Source: the human T2T-CHM13v2.0 reference genome, Homo sapiens. Taken from it: a stretch of 64,000 bases of DNA. Every line of letters begins with the position of its first letter. The stretch's first letter is position 1. The stretch lies in NCBI RefSeq assembly GCF_009914755.1, contig NC_060931.1, one strand, 5' to 3'. This document shows positions 32,891 to 50,864 of this stretch, in pieces. The position numbers and the translations under genes are program-made. Under the pieces are notes generated by a model. That model saw nothing but the letters and a program-made list of their open reading frames with translations. It did no database searches and was not told the DNA's origin.

Positions 32891-35749
32891 AAAAGTTAAA
32901 ATCTCAAACAAAATGATATGCTAAACCTCTTAGAATGCCTAACAGCATAGCAGGGAGATGCAGACAAAATATTATTGGGATTGTGATGTTGATATTAGTT
33001 GATGTAGACTTCAAGTCTTGATGCATACCAAACTTCCCTTCATATCTGAATCTGGAGAGGAGATTTAAACATCACTATGTGGGCAGATGTTAGGTATAAC
33101 TCATCATAGCCCAAGATAGAAACATTTATACAGAGAAAATGGGCTGGCATTCAGATTTCTCAGAAGACTTGCTTACTGCTGCTCCAGGGTAAGAAGGGAC
33201 ATGAGTACAGAGAAGGCTAGGTAAAGGTGTGCTACTTATTACTAGCTAGGGGGAAAATGGATCATTTTTCTTTTATAAAAACTGACATTTAAAATGAAGC
33301 TATCAATGTCATGAGCTTTGATATAACAAAAATGCCTTGAAAAAGTATGTAAAGCACAATCTTTTAGAAATACATGGAGAATTGACAAGAAATACAACGT
33401 TAGTATAAACTTCACCCAATTCAAGAGGCAACTGGAATGATCTACAAATAGTTGGACTTGGAATTACTTGCTGTTCCAACAGTTTATTAAATGAAACATT
33501 GCCTAGAGGTTTGACCACTGAAGAAGTTGGCTGAGTCCAAGGCCAGGACCCAGTGCTCCCAGAGGCTTCCTCCAGGGGTGCAGCTACCTCAAATACACAG
33601 CTGCCTTGGCCCAATCCTAAGTGTCTGCAAGCGCTTTGGCAAAAGAGGTTTTTGGAAGTCTCCCAGGTAAGCATGAGAGCTTGCCTGCCTCAACAATCAT
33701 TACATGGATGCTCCTTCTTTGCTTTGTCTTCAGCAGCTATGTTGGTTCAATCCTTCTGTTTGGGTGAACTTGGCCAGCTTGCTTTAAGCATCTCACCAAA
33801 CTCCTGCCGTAAATATAAGAGTGTCTATAAAATATTTTCAATGGTGAAAAACAACTGATGAAGCTAAGTGATGGGTAAATGGATTGTGCTAGCCTTCCAG
33901 CGTCTTTTATAGGTTTGAAATTTTAAAAACTAAAATGTTAAGCAGGGGTGGGGGATGCCACGTATTAAAGAAATAACATTAATCCAAGATGTGGGGGAGG
34001 TGGATAGGTGAGGGTAGCATTGAAATGAGTGGGTACTTGCCAAAGCTCTGTGGTGAATGCATAGGAATTCATTATGCTTTCCTCTCTACCCCTGTACACG
34101 TTCAAGATTTTTCACAATGAAACACTAAAAGAAAATCAATTGTAGATATAGTATGATTCCATTTCAGAAAAAACAAAGATAGAGAGAAAGCAGATATGCT
34201 TAAATGTATATGTGAGGGATAGGAGGGCTGGCACACAGCGTGCTATTAGCACTGGTTAGAGAGGATTCGCTGTGTCATTATACCTATTTATAATGCATTG
34301 TTTGACTTATTATATAATATGCATGTATTATTGTTATAATTTTCAAAGTGTAAAAAAGAATTTTAAAAATGATACCATAAAGGGAAATAGACTTAAATGC
34401 CTTCAAGCCTTAGGAAGATATTGAGGTGTGACAAAGTCTGGGAGTTTAGAGAACTGTAGCAAACAGGAACAAACCAGTTTCATTAAAAAGAAATTCACTC
34501 TGTATGTCCAACCAGACACCTCCAGTTTTCAACCTCCGAACAGACCCTTTCTCAATATCCCCTTCTTAGATAACTTAACAGTCTAACAGTCTACTGAGCT
34601 GAAATGACCTCTTTGCAATCCCTGCCACTCGTATTCAGGAACCAGAAACCAGTTCTTGCTGCTTTCTCACAGACTTCAACATACTTACTTCAGACTTTGA
34701 CATTTTCTAAGACATTGATTCCAGCAGAGACAAACCTGAATAGACCAATAATTGTGGAAGAGTTTGGGAATATTGTCAAAGAATGTCTGTCCCAAAATAT
34801 ACTAGGCTATTTTATTGATCATTTAGACCAATCCCTCCAAGAACAGATGATGCTTTGGTTCACATGAATTGCCTGGGGGCCTAGATAAAATTGGAAATCC
34901 TCTCAACACATTTTGTATAGCTTTGAAAACCCTCACAGAGCACAGAAAAGGAAACTACTTGGCCACCCTTGATTATAAATAGGCAAGTATGAACAAGTTG
35001 AACCGATACCATATTAAAAGAATAATGCACCATGGCCAAGGACAACTGTCTTTCCAGGCATACAGCAGCAGGGACTCTAATAGAACATGTGTTTTTGCAT
35101 TAATAGGTTAAAGGAGGCAACCCATTACATAATTTAAATTAAAGTAGGGAAGCTGCCTCTGTGATTGTGTGTAGGTGACTGTTCAGCATCAGAACCTCTT
35201 CTTATGTCTATGGAATTCCATACCTTGTGAGTAATGTACGGTGTGAGAGAGAAGATGGAAGTAGAAATTATCTGTTCTTTCAGCTTCTTCTGCATCCAGG
35301 GCATGGGTACATCTCCTAGGTTTGGCCAATCATACTGACACCAAATTTGAATAAAAATTAAATAGGTAAGCAAAGAAGTCAGGCCAGCAGCAGCATCATG
35401 TCCATGCTCTTGGGTGGCAGCGCAGCTGTGCCCCCAGAAGAATCCAGGGTCATCTGGTATGCGGAAGTGATCTCACTGGTTTCATGGATGATGTGGCTGT
35501 CATCCTGATTGATGTCTCCCCTTTCTGAGGACTTTGCCAGCCTGATTCCCCATCTTCCATGGGAATGATCTGGGCCCCCCAGGTTCCAGTTTACAAATTC
35601 CCTTTCTGATTAGATCTGCTATTCAGTTCTTTCACTTGGAACTGAGATCCTTGAATCATAGAGGCTGAAAAGGGATGATAAAATTAATCAGCCTTCTTAA
35701 ATTTAAAAATAAATAAAAGTAAGCTTTTAGAAAACCAAAAATAAAAAGT

Positions 35750-39000
<3,251 letters not shown>

Positions 39001-39998
39001 ACAGTCTAGGAATCAATGTGTTTACTAATAAGATTTTTTTAAAGATGAGACTCGAGAGACTTAGACTTAGCAGGTGAATGACAATTGAAAGAATCCACTG
39101 GGAAGAGGAATTTTACATGGAGTAAGTTTCCTGAGGCTGTTGGTGGCCCATCTTATAATTAACATAGGACTATTTAAAATATATAAAAGAAGACTCATTA
39201 AATTGTAAAACCATTACATTTTTATTTGTTCTTCAGCATTGCTAAACATTGTATTCAAGTCTTATTCAAAACAAAAAGTAAATCTTACCTTTTCCAAGAA
39301 GAGCAACCTTTCTCTCTCCCACACACAGTGGTGGTCTCCCTGTGATGAGAGAAGACAAAAACCAGGTCCCGGGTCGTTCTGTCCCTCCTCAGAAGATGCC
39401 CCTCTCTGAAGGAAAGGGAACGTCTGTAGGAGATGTGTCTACCTGGGACCAGTCTGATGCCCATTGGAAGCTCACTCTCTGTTTACAAGACCCTGCACAG
39501 CCACCTCTGGGTCCGAGTGGCCTCTTCCCAGACTTCTTCCTCCTGTGAGTGGGCTCAGTAGTTCTGAGCCACCCTTAAGGTGGAGGTCAAAGGTGACTGT
39601 TTTGGGGGTTGCACAGAGCTTGGACCTGCAGGAGAGGTCCCTTCAGTGTGGGATGGAGCCCAAGGCCAGAAGAGAAGGAGGGCAGGCTGAGAGTGAAGCC
39701 AGGGCCAGCCATTCCTGCACCTAGCTTGTTCAGCTCAGAACTTCCCAGGAATTTGATTTCCAAATTGGTTTTCCAAGTCTTAGGAAGGCATATTTGTTCA
39801 TCAGGAGGATTGAACATATTTTACTTAACAGTTAACTTGAATTCTAATTTTAAATTGTTTATGCACACAATATGTGAGTGTCCATTTGAAGTCTGCCCTG
39901 CCCTTCATTTATTATAGGGGGCCAGATTGCTCCCAAAAACCCAGGTGATAGAATGAGCTTGGAATAGATGAGGGAGTACCTTTTCACTGTTGAAGGAC

Positions 39999-40031
<33 letters not shown>

Positions 40032-40114
40032 ATATGAAGCATCCATGGCTGTAAGTCAAGAACCTTGTAGGTGTCATGATAGAAATTGAGAGAGGTCCTA
40101 TCTTTACCTTAAAA

Positions 40115-40328
40115 CAGGGGTTTCCAATTTTTTGGCTTCCCTGGGCCACATTGTCTTGGGCCACACATAAAATACACTAACACCAATGATAGCTGATGAG
40201 CTGAAAAAAATTAGAAGTCAGAAAAAAGTCTCATAATGTTTTAAGAAAGTTTACAAAATTGTGTTGGGCTGCATTCAAAGCCATCCTGGGCTGCATGGGG
40301 CCCACAGGCCATGGGTTAGACAAGCTTG
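40115..40328 (+). mobile_element. MER30 (hAT-Charlie)
   Basis: CAGGGGTTTCCAAT...TTAGACAAGCTTG; 8-bp TSD-like CCTTAAAA/CTTTAAAG. Confidence 0.85.
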
Positions 40329-40906
40329 CTTTAAAGGAAAGATTTTTTTTTCCTTTTAGGTAAAAGTTGAGAACGTGTGAATAAAGAAAGTGTGTTGGAT
40401 AAGAAATTTGAAGGATTATGAATGTTTGAATTGTGTTAAGAAAAGAATGCATAGCTAGAGAGAGAGTTCTCTAACCTTCTTTGTATCTTAGAATGCCATA
40501 AATATTTTTCCATATCATCCATCATCTTTCTACAGTATCATTGTCAATTTATGTATAATAGTCCATTTGAAGAATGCCATATTACATTGAACAAATGTAC
40601 TATTTTGGATTTGTGGGTAATTTGTAATTTTTTTCAATTGCAAAAATACCCACTAAGCATCACCAGAGATAAATATCTAAATATTTCTTAGATAACTTTC
40701 TAAGATAAATTCCTGTAAGAGTAATTTTTGAGTCAAAGGATAAGGTTTTAAAAGCATTTCCAGTTTGCCTTCTACAAAGTTTGAATCAACTCATCCTCAT
40801 TTTCTATGCTGTAAGAGAGTAGTAGTATTCCAGCACCATCACCAAAATCAGGTAGTTTTGTTTACTTTATCATTAGTATCCACAAATTTCTTAGACAAAA
40901 AGATCT

Positions 40907-41014
40907 GGCTGGTCTGAAGGTAGCAGGTTATCTCAATTGATTGTTCACAGTCAGTTATAGAGCAAACTGCTTGCTCTACTCTTTCACCCCTTCTCACTAC
41001 TGCACTTGACTAGT
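40907..41014 (+). pseudogene. Y1 RNA (RNY1-derived) retro-pseudogene
   Basis: GGCTGGTCTGAAGGTAGCAGGTTATCTCAATTGATTGTTCACAGTCAGTT...CTGCACTTGACTAGT matches hY1 with several substitutions. Confidence 0.93.
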
Positions 41015-41412
41015 TGATATGGTTTGGCTCTGTGTCCCCACCCAAATCTTATGTTGAATTGTAATTCGCAATGTTGGTGATGGGGTCTGGTGGGAGGTCA
41101 TTGGATCATGGGGGTGGTTTCTAATAGTTTAGCACCATCCTCCTAGGGCTGTCTCATGATACAGTTCTCATGAGATCTGGTTGTTTAAAAGTGTATAGCA
41201 CCTCCCACTTGGCTCTCACTTCCTTCTGCTCCAGCCATGTAGAACGTGCCTCCTTCCCCTCCCACTTTGGCCATGATTGTAGGTTTCCTGAGGTCTCCCC
41301 AGCCGTGCTTCCTGTACAGCTTGTGGAACTGTTAGTCAATTAAACCTCTTTTCTTTATAAATTACCCAGTCTCAAGTAGTTCTTTTTAGCAATGTGAGAA
41401 CAGACTAATACA
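41015..41412 (+). mobile_element. MST (MSTA-like) MaLR solo LTR
   Basis: TGATATGGTTTGGCTCTGTGTCCCCACCC...CAGACTAATACA; CTAGT TSD. Confidence 0.92.
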
Positions 41413-42136
41413 CTAGTCTTAAAACGTTTTTTAAGACCCATCATCTTAAATTTGCTTACCTTAGATTACTAGTATAACTTTTTTTTAATGTTTCTTGGTC
41501 ACTTGTAATTCTTTCATAACTAGTTTGTCCTTTTTATTTCTTTCTCTAATGGATTATTCCTTTTACTTTTTGCTTTGTCATTGTTCTTTAAGCATTATTA
41601 ATTTATCCATTATACGGGTGTCAAAAAATTTGCCTAGTTTTTTTACCATTTACATTTTGTACTTATACTCAACTTATAAAATTCAGGTTGCAAAGCGAAA
41701 ATTAAGAAAACAAGAAGGCTTGTTGAGACTTCTTTTGTCTTTTTCAAAAACTTGGTGTGAACATAAACTATTTTCCCCCAGATTTTAGAAAACTGCTCTT
41801 CAGGGAAAAAAAAGGCATAAATTCCAAAATTCATCTTTGCATGCTTATTTCTAATTATAAGAATGCTATTTAAGACACATTGCTTATCTTACCCATTTGA
41901 ATAAGGCAAATGTTGAGTTTAAGTCTCCTCTTGGAGCAAAAGAAAAAGAGGAGAATGGCTCCCCAGTACAACTCTACCAGGATGTTGGCAGCCACATGCT
42001 CCCAATATTCATGGGAGAGAGAACACACTCTTCAACATGTACAGAAATGGGATTTCACAAATGAGCTTTATGTCCAACAGGAAGCTCTGAAATCTGGATG
42101 GTGTGCAGGTATGGCTGGGAAATATGTCACATGGAT

Positions 42137-42140
<4 letters not shown>

Positions 42141-42166
<26 letters not shown>
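42141..42166 (+). repeat. (TG)13 microsatellite
   Basis: Directly visible. Confidence 0.9.
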
Positions 42167-42167
<1 letters not shown>

Positions 42168-42263
42168 CTGTAGAAAAACATGAGATTCAGTCTATTTTGC
42201 TAGTCTTTAGCTGGAGAAGTAATACATTAAGAATGGGGTAGAGTCTTATGTGCAAAAATGCAG

Positions 42264-42533
42264 CCCAGCACTTTAGGAGGCCAAGGCAGGTGAATCACTT
42301 GAGGTCAGGAGTTTGAGACCAGCCTGGCCAATATGGTGAAACTCTGTCTCTACTAAAAATACAAAAATTAGCTCAGCATGGTGGTGCATGCCTATAATCC
42401 CAGCTACTTGAGAGGCTGAGGCAGGAGAATCACTTCAACCCAGGAGGCAGAGGTTGCAGTAAGCCAAGATCGTGCCACTGCACTCCCACCTGGGCGACAG
42501 AGCGAGACTCCGCCTCAAAAAAACAGAAAAAAC
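42264..42533 (+). mobile_element. Alu (S-type), slightly 5'-truncated
   Basis: Begins at CCCAGCACTTT; dimer and A tail. Confidence 0.92.
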
Positions 42534-44265
42534 ATGGGACTGGAGGGTGGGGGAGTACTTTGTAATAAGTGCTATTTTAAACTGGCAGTGAAGTTTCCCA
42601 GTCAGCTCCTGTTCTGCCCCTTGTTGACGTCAGTGACGTTCTGCTGCATTATGTTGTACTTTTTTGGCAACTAGAGGACTCTTGGGTCCAGCATGTGCTA
42701 ATTATAATGAAAATAGAATAATTAACATATATCCGAAACTTATTTGTAGTAAGAAGACACTAAGTGCCTACATGTATTTATTTGTTTAATCCTCATAATA
42801 AACTTATGAAGACATTATTGTACCCATTTTCAAATGAGGGAAACTGAGAAAAAGAAGGTGAAAAACACACCTGTACATATATGAGCCACTGCTACTGAGA
42901 ATAATTAGAAAAAGAAGGAACTGGACTTTAGGACTACATAAGGCAATAAAGCATAGTAGAATGTGCATAGAAATTTTTACCTTGGGATAAATAGATCTTG
43001 ACAGTAGAGGAGTATTCTTGTATCTTTGTAAAAGCATTAGTATTATGCACTCTGAGACTATGAGGGGATAACAATGAGTCAAAATTAGGAAAGTATAAGA
43101 GAATAATTAATTTTATTATTTATAATCTGTATGTCTGATAACAAAAGTGACATGAGTTGAACAGCAGCACCTTTCTGCTGGGCTGAAGGGTTTGTGTGGG
43201 GAAGTTTTGGGGAGGAGTTAGAGGGAAGCTTATCTCTTCATAAAGGTAAGGAGGAAAAACTATTTTGGTTTCCAAGGCAATCTTGGTGGGAGGAAATTAG
43301 GACCAGAGGAAAGGGAAGAACCCGTGAGGTGGGGCAAAGCTCCAGTTGCAAAATGATGGAGAGAATTTGAACAACAGATTGTTAGATTTTGAGTCGGTAA
43401 ACATTTGCTATGCCACCTCCCCTCCCTTACAACCTACTCCCAAATATCCAGAAATACCTCCATGTGTCATTTTTGTCTTTTTTTTTTTTTTCTTTTTGGG
43501 TAGGTGAAGAACAGCCTCTGTTCCGTCTGGCTGAACCTGCAGCCGGATTAATCCCAAAAGCAGTGACAGTGAAGTTTTCCCTCAAGAAACCACCCCAAAC
43601 CATCCCAAGATGGGACCCTTTGAGATTCCAAAGAAAAAAGCACTAAACGCCAGGGTGCTCAGTCCAAAGAATGTATTAGGGTAACTTACATCAAAAGGGC
43701 TGCAGCATTCTCCAAGGGACAGTGAGACAAAAGATGTCCTACCCACATGTGTCAGTAATGGGCTGGGGTAGGGGTCAGGTTATGGAGTTTATTTGAGGGT
43801 TTAAGGAATTTGGCTCAAGGCCGGGGCTAGTTTCTGCAGGTGTAGCAACATGGTTGCTCTTTCAGTGTTTTGAGCAAAAACCTAGACAACTTTATCAGTG
43901 CCCGGGAATAGTCCACTCGCCTGCTTTGGTTCAAGCCTGCAGGGGAAATCATGCAGCTGGCTAGGTCACAGAACAGTCGAAGTACTCTGTCATTTTTGGT
44001 CAGGACAAAGAAAGAAAACAGGGGTAACTGGGGCATCCTATAGCATCACATCTGTGTCAATGCAGTCCATTACGATAGCAAGCAGAAGTTGTCCAGGGTC
44101 AGAGATGACTGAGAATATGAGCACACCAAGAATTTGAATAACTCTCTAGCACGTTTAGGACTTTCCCCAGAGTGTGGAAGTAGAACGTTTGAGCTGATCA
44201 TAAAGATATCAAGAACCACTGTATAGAAAGGTCCCTGATGACCTTTTATTGCTAATAACACACAT

Positions 44266-44368
44266 CCAAAAAGGCATCTTTTTTCAGTGACCGGATGTTT
44301 ATTCAAATATTCAATACCTACCATTATTTGAGTAAACATCCAGTCACTGAAAAAGGATGCCTTTTTGG
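44266..44368. repeat. Near-perfect inverted repeat (44-bp arms, 15-nt loop)
   Basis: CCAAAAAGGCATCTTTTTTCAGTGACCGGATGTTTATTCAAATA versus the reverse complement of 44325-44368: 41/44 identical. Confidence 0.95.
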
Positions 44369-45428
44369 CATCCTTGTTCTATTGGCAATAGAACAAAATA
44401 ATTTATAACCCTATCTTTGTAGATGCATGGGGAGTAACATCCTGAGTGGGTTTTCTTAATTGTTTTGGAATCCTTTAGCAGAGAAAATGACAGGCTTAGA
44501 TCAGCTAACTGTGCACTTCCAGCATGTTATAAAAGCCGGAAGGTCTCTATGACAGGACTTTGGGAAATCCTTACATCTTTCAGTGACAGGGCAGACTGCT
44601 GAAAATCAGGCCAACGATCTTACTGTCAGAGAGTGGTAAAGCTGCAAAAGAAACTGAATGCACAGCACAGCCTTGATAGGTTGCCTATGTCAAAGTTAGG
44701 TCCCTGGTAGGAAAAGAATGGGACTTAAGACCTGAGAGTGGGACATTTGGTTGATTTTCCTGAAAACCATAGTCCAGCAGAAGCAGCTCTGTTTCGCCTT
44801 TGCTAGAAAAGTTTTCCTTGCTTGGAGGCCTTGTAGAGGCACATGTGAGGCAAGAATCTTACAAGATGAATCTTGTCCTCTGTCAAATTTGCCCTGATCT
44901 CCTGTCATTATCTCTATCCTGTTAAATTAGGGTCAGGTCTCAGCATAACAACTGGTGATTACTGTCTATTTTCCAAGATAGAGAAAATAGGTTTCACACT
45001 GCAGGGTTTGCAGGACCTGGTTAATGTGTACCAGCAAGTTCCAGGATTTTGCAGTTAAGAACTAGAAAGAAAGAGTCAAAGAATATTTATCCTATGGAGG
45101 AAAATATGAAAGAAGACAAAGATGTTTTAACCTATTAATATATTATAATATATGAAGTATTAAATATTTTAGATATTCAGGAGCTTTACTTTGTAGCCTT
45201 GTATATAGTCCATTTTTATAAATGTTTCTTGGCTGATTAAATCAAACATATCTGTTTGATTTTTAAAACGTGGTATGTGTCTACTATTTTTTTCAATAAT
45301 GTTATTCTAAGTATGCAATTTAAATTTCTCTGTGCAATATGGTATTAATTAGTTCAGATTTACTGAAGTCACCCCAAAAAAGATTTTGTAAACAGTTTCT
45401 CTGTGCTTAACACTTGTTCACATCTTGA

Positions 45429-45813
<385 letters not shown>

Positions 45814-46076
45814 AATTTTAAGAACTTTTTTTATAAATAATTAATATCAGTATAAAATTATTCATTATGCAATTTGTTGGTATGTTTAAGGCTTAAATTT
45901 GTCAGTAGAGTTGCAAATGCTATTTTAATGTATTATTTTGCCTATTCTGCCTACTTTTCCTTTTAAATCTCTTTATATTTACTTTACACTTTTAATATAT
46001 GTATATATGTTGTATATGTGTGAATTAACGTGTTATATTGGTTTTAAAACCTTCTTCAGGGTTCTGTGTGTGTATG

Positions 46077-46232
46077 TTTTTTTTTGAGACAAAGTCTTGC
46101 TCTGTCACCCAGGCTGGAGTACAGTGGTGCAATCATGGCTCACTGCAGCCTTGACCTCTAAGGTTCAAACGATCCTCCCACCTCAGCCTCCTGAGTAGCT
46201 GGGACCACAGGTGGGCGCCACCATGCTTGGTT
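46077..46232 (-). mobile_element. Alu right arm (FRAM or truncated)
   Basis: Single arm with poly(T). Confidence 0.85.
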
Positions 46233-47272
46233 AACTTCAGGAGTTTTAGAAGAGGAATTTAAGCCATTTATTTTAAATAGGGCAACAATTATCAGACCCA
46301 AATGGTATGTTTGACCTTAATTCTATTATTACTTTATCTTTCTCTGTCTCTATGAATATGGTTTATGATTTGTTTGCTTCTATTTTGTGGATTGAAAAGA
46401 TGTTGAAATCTTATTTTATATTCTAGTATTTAAATGGTTTAAAAGAGCTCAAGCTCTCCCATGCCTAATCCTCAGAGGAAAGCACTGTTAACAGTTTGGT
46501 TTTTGTCCTTCCTATATTTTCCCTATGATTTTATAGACATAAAATATATTTATATTGGCATGAATCAATATAGAGATGTTTAGCTATTAATATGCAATAA
46601 CATGTTTTATTTACAAAAATGGGATCATATTATAATTTTTCATTCTCACTTACCAATAAAACATGGACAACTGTCCAGACCAGCACATATAGCTCTCCTC
46701 CATTCTTCTATAATGGCTACATAGAATTCCTTTGATTATATGTATCATTTCCTTATTAATGGACATTTAAGTCTTTCCCAGTTTTTTGCTTGGTTTTGTA
46801 TTACAAACAATACTCCTTGTACATTACAAACAATAAATAGCTATTACAATAGCTATTACAAACAATAGCTATCCTTGTACATAAATATTTTTACTTACCT
46901 GTTTAACTATTGCTTTGTCTAAGAATAGACTCATAAGTAAAACTGCTGGGTATTTGCATAACATATTTCATATTTTAATAAATACTCCACAACTGCTTTC
47001 CAAAAAAGTTTTCTTAATCAACTAAGTACTCATATTTTTTAAATTATCAAAATCAGAACAACGACTATTGTGTATCCTTACCTCCCACCCAACCATCAGT
47101 TTTCCTGTCTTTAGCCACACAATTTATCAACACACAATTACAGTTGTACTTTATCATGATTTTTCCATATATAACTTCTACTTCAATAAGAGCATTTTTT
47201 TCATTGATTTTGTTACTCTATTACCAAAGTTCTAATGAGATTTATATTTAATTGGTTTCAATGTTCAGTTGT

Positions 47273-47926
<654 letters not shown>

Positions 47927-49579
47927 GTTGTAGTTCTATATTTCTGCATTTTTATTTCTATCTTGCTGTCTTGATGTATATTTTAGAGGAGATTTTTTTA
48001 GGAAGGTACAAGAGTATTATGTTTATGAACTCCTCGATATCTTGAGCAATCTTTCTATTGCTTTTACATCTGAATAACTTAGGAAGGTATAGAATTTTTA
48101 CTGACAAAATATTTTGCACTCTCAAATGTTGTTTTAGTGTATGTTAGCATTTGATGATGGAGAATAGAAATCAGTTCAGCCAGTCTTTTGTTCTTTTGTT
48201 TTTTTCTATATGTTTAATGTCACTTGTATAATTTTTTCAGTATTGATAATAATCTAAAATTTACTATATATTTAGGTGTAAGATTTTTATTTATTTATAT
48301 ATTTTTTTGGAATACCAAGAATTCTTTAGACTTGTAGACCCAAGGATTACATCAACTCAGGAAACTTTGCTTCTGTAAAGTTTTGATTGTTTTATTTTAC
48401 TTTTGGTTCAAGTTTTCCCTCTTTCCCCTGAGAAAAACAAAACTTTAAGGTTGGGGCTCCTTTATCTGTACTATATAGCTTGCATTTATTCTCTTATCCA
48501 TTTCATTGTCATTTTCCTCTGGAATTTGGTAGTTTCCTCAGGGTTATCTTTTATATCAATCCTTTATTTTCTATAGTGCCTTTTCTTCCCTGTCAGTCTC
48601 CAATATTGATTTTTAATTTGTATTTGCATTTAGAATTTTCTTACATTTTTGTTGTTCCTCTCCTTTTTGTATATCTACGTCCATCAGTTTTTTTAAAATT
48701 TTTATATTTTCTTTGTCAACTTTATAAAGTTATCTAGGAAATACCTTCTAAATTAAAAAAATTGGCATAAAGTTATTTCATCTATATGATCTTTTTTAAA
48801 ATTTCTCAGAACAATATTATCACTTTAATAAGGTGTACTTCTAGTGCTCCCATTTTTGTTTTTAAATTGTTTATTTTATGATTCCTCAAATGGCCAGAGA
48901 GTTCTCCAGGTTCTTGGAGTGTGCGGTGAGAGGAACATTCTTAGCCTCCTCACTGCTGACTTCAGTTTAACTGTAACTTTCAGTGCCTTGCAGGCAACAG
49001 GGGTCTACAGGATTGTGGTTGGGTGTATACATCCTTTGGTAGGCTAGGTTATTTAAACTGGACACCCAGTTTGCAATGTTTTTGAAGAGCATACTTCATT
49101 TAAGTCTATACTCCTGCTCCAGTGTTCACTCCTTCCATAGCTCATCCTGGATCCACTTTAGCTCATAAAGCTTTCATCATGGGTGACTAAGCATTCTAGA
49201 GAGCAGTGTAGCTCTTCCTGGCCCTTATGTTCTCTGTCATGTCTATTCTGTGAGATATAGATCTAAGCGGATGAATAGAAAAAAAAAATAGAGGGACAAT
49301 TGCAAGACCATTTTTAGCCAGCTCAGAAGATAAATGTCAAACAGTGGAAGGATGACCCCTGGTGTGTTTAGGTGAATGCCTCAAAGTTGGTCAAAGAAAA
49401 TGTGGTGGGAGGAGGGCTCAAAGTTTTATCCTACCTCATTTGATGTTGTATGATCCCTGCTAGATTCCAGAGGTCAGATTATGTGATATACAGTCCAAGA
49501 ATACAATCTCAGTCCTTCATTTTAAGGGTGCAATTGTTAGACTCCTGCTCAGATTTTGGCCAGTGTGGTTTTCTTATCT

Positions 49580-50095
49580 CTTTTATTTCTGACAATACTG
49601 TTGTTTTTTGGCTTCTATTCTCCATCCACTCTGTATTCATACTCTTTACCCTGTGGCCTTGCAGTTCCTTCCATCAGTGAGTGGAGTGTCTTTCCCTATC
49701 ACTTGAATCTGGGCTGGCCTCATGATGGGCTTTGGCCAGCAGAATATGGTAGAACTGACAGTGTGCTAGTTCTGAGACCAGACCTCAGAAGCCTTGCATA
49801 TTTCTCTCTCGCTCGCTCGCTCCAGCTACTGCTATGAAAACAAGACTGGAATAGCCTATTACAGGATGAGTGACCATATGGAACAGAGCCAAGTTGTCCC
49901 AGATGAAGTTGTCCTAGATGAGCCAGCTCCTAGGAAACCTGCCAACTGCCCACACAAAGGAGCCCAGCTGAGATCAGCTTAGTCTGGACTAGATCAGCAA
50001 TTTATAGTGGATTTATAGACTCAGGAGAAATAGTACATGGTTGTTAACTAAGTTTTGGGATGGTTTGTTAGGCAGCAATAACTAACTGATGCATT
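49580..50095 (+). mobile_element. MLT1-type LTR remnant
   Basis: CTTGAATCTGGGCTGGCC...CTAAGTTTTGGGATGGTTTGTTAGGCAGCAATAACTAACTGAT. Confidence 0.65.
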
Positions 50096-50531
50096 ACATT
50101 TAATCACAGGAGCTGTGTAAAGATCCTTGACATAAATGCAAATTACACTTCAGATATGTTGGAATGATTTACTTTCCTACCAGGAGAAATACAAGTCCTA
50201 AAATGAGGAAAAAGGTATCTCAATTTAATTTGCACTTAATTGGGTCATAGGGCTATTTAAGAATTTTTCATGCATTCATTGCAAATTTTAAATCATCCAT
50301 CAAAGTTTTTTAGTAACTTTTGCCCACTTTACTTTTGTGTAATTTGGTTTAAAAATTTTTTGAGTAAAACTTAAAAAAATTTGCAATATCTCACTTTCCT
50401 CAAAACACTTTTAAACTTAGTCATATACATTACAGCCTGTTGAAATCTCCAAATGGACTTGAAAAGAACATTACTGATGGAATGAGCTAAGGAATACTGA
50501 AGGCTACCACGTATTAATCACAACGTTATAA

Positions 50532-50864
<333 letters not shown>

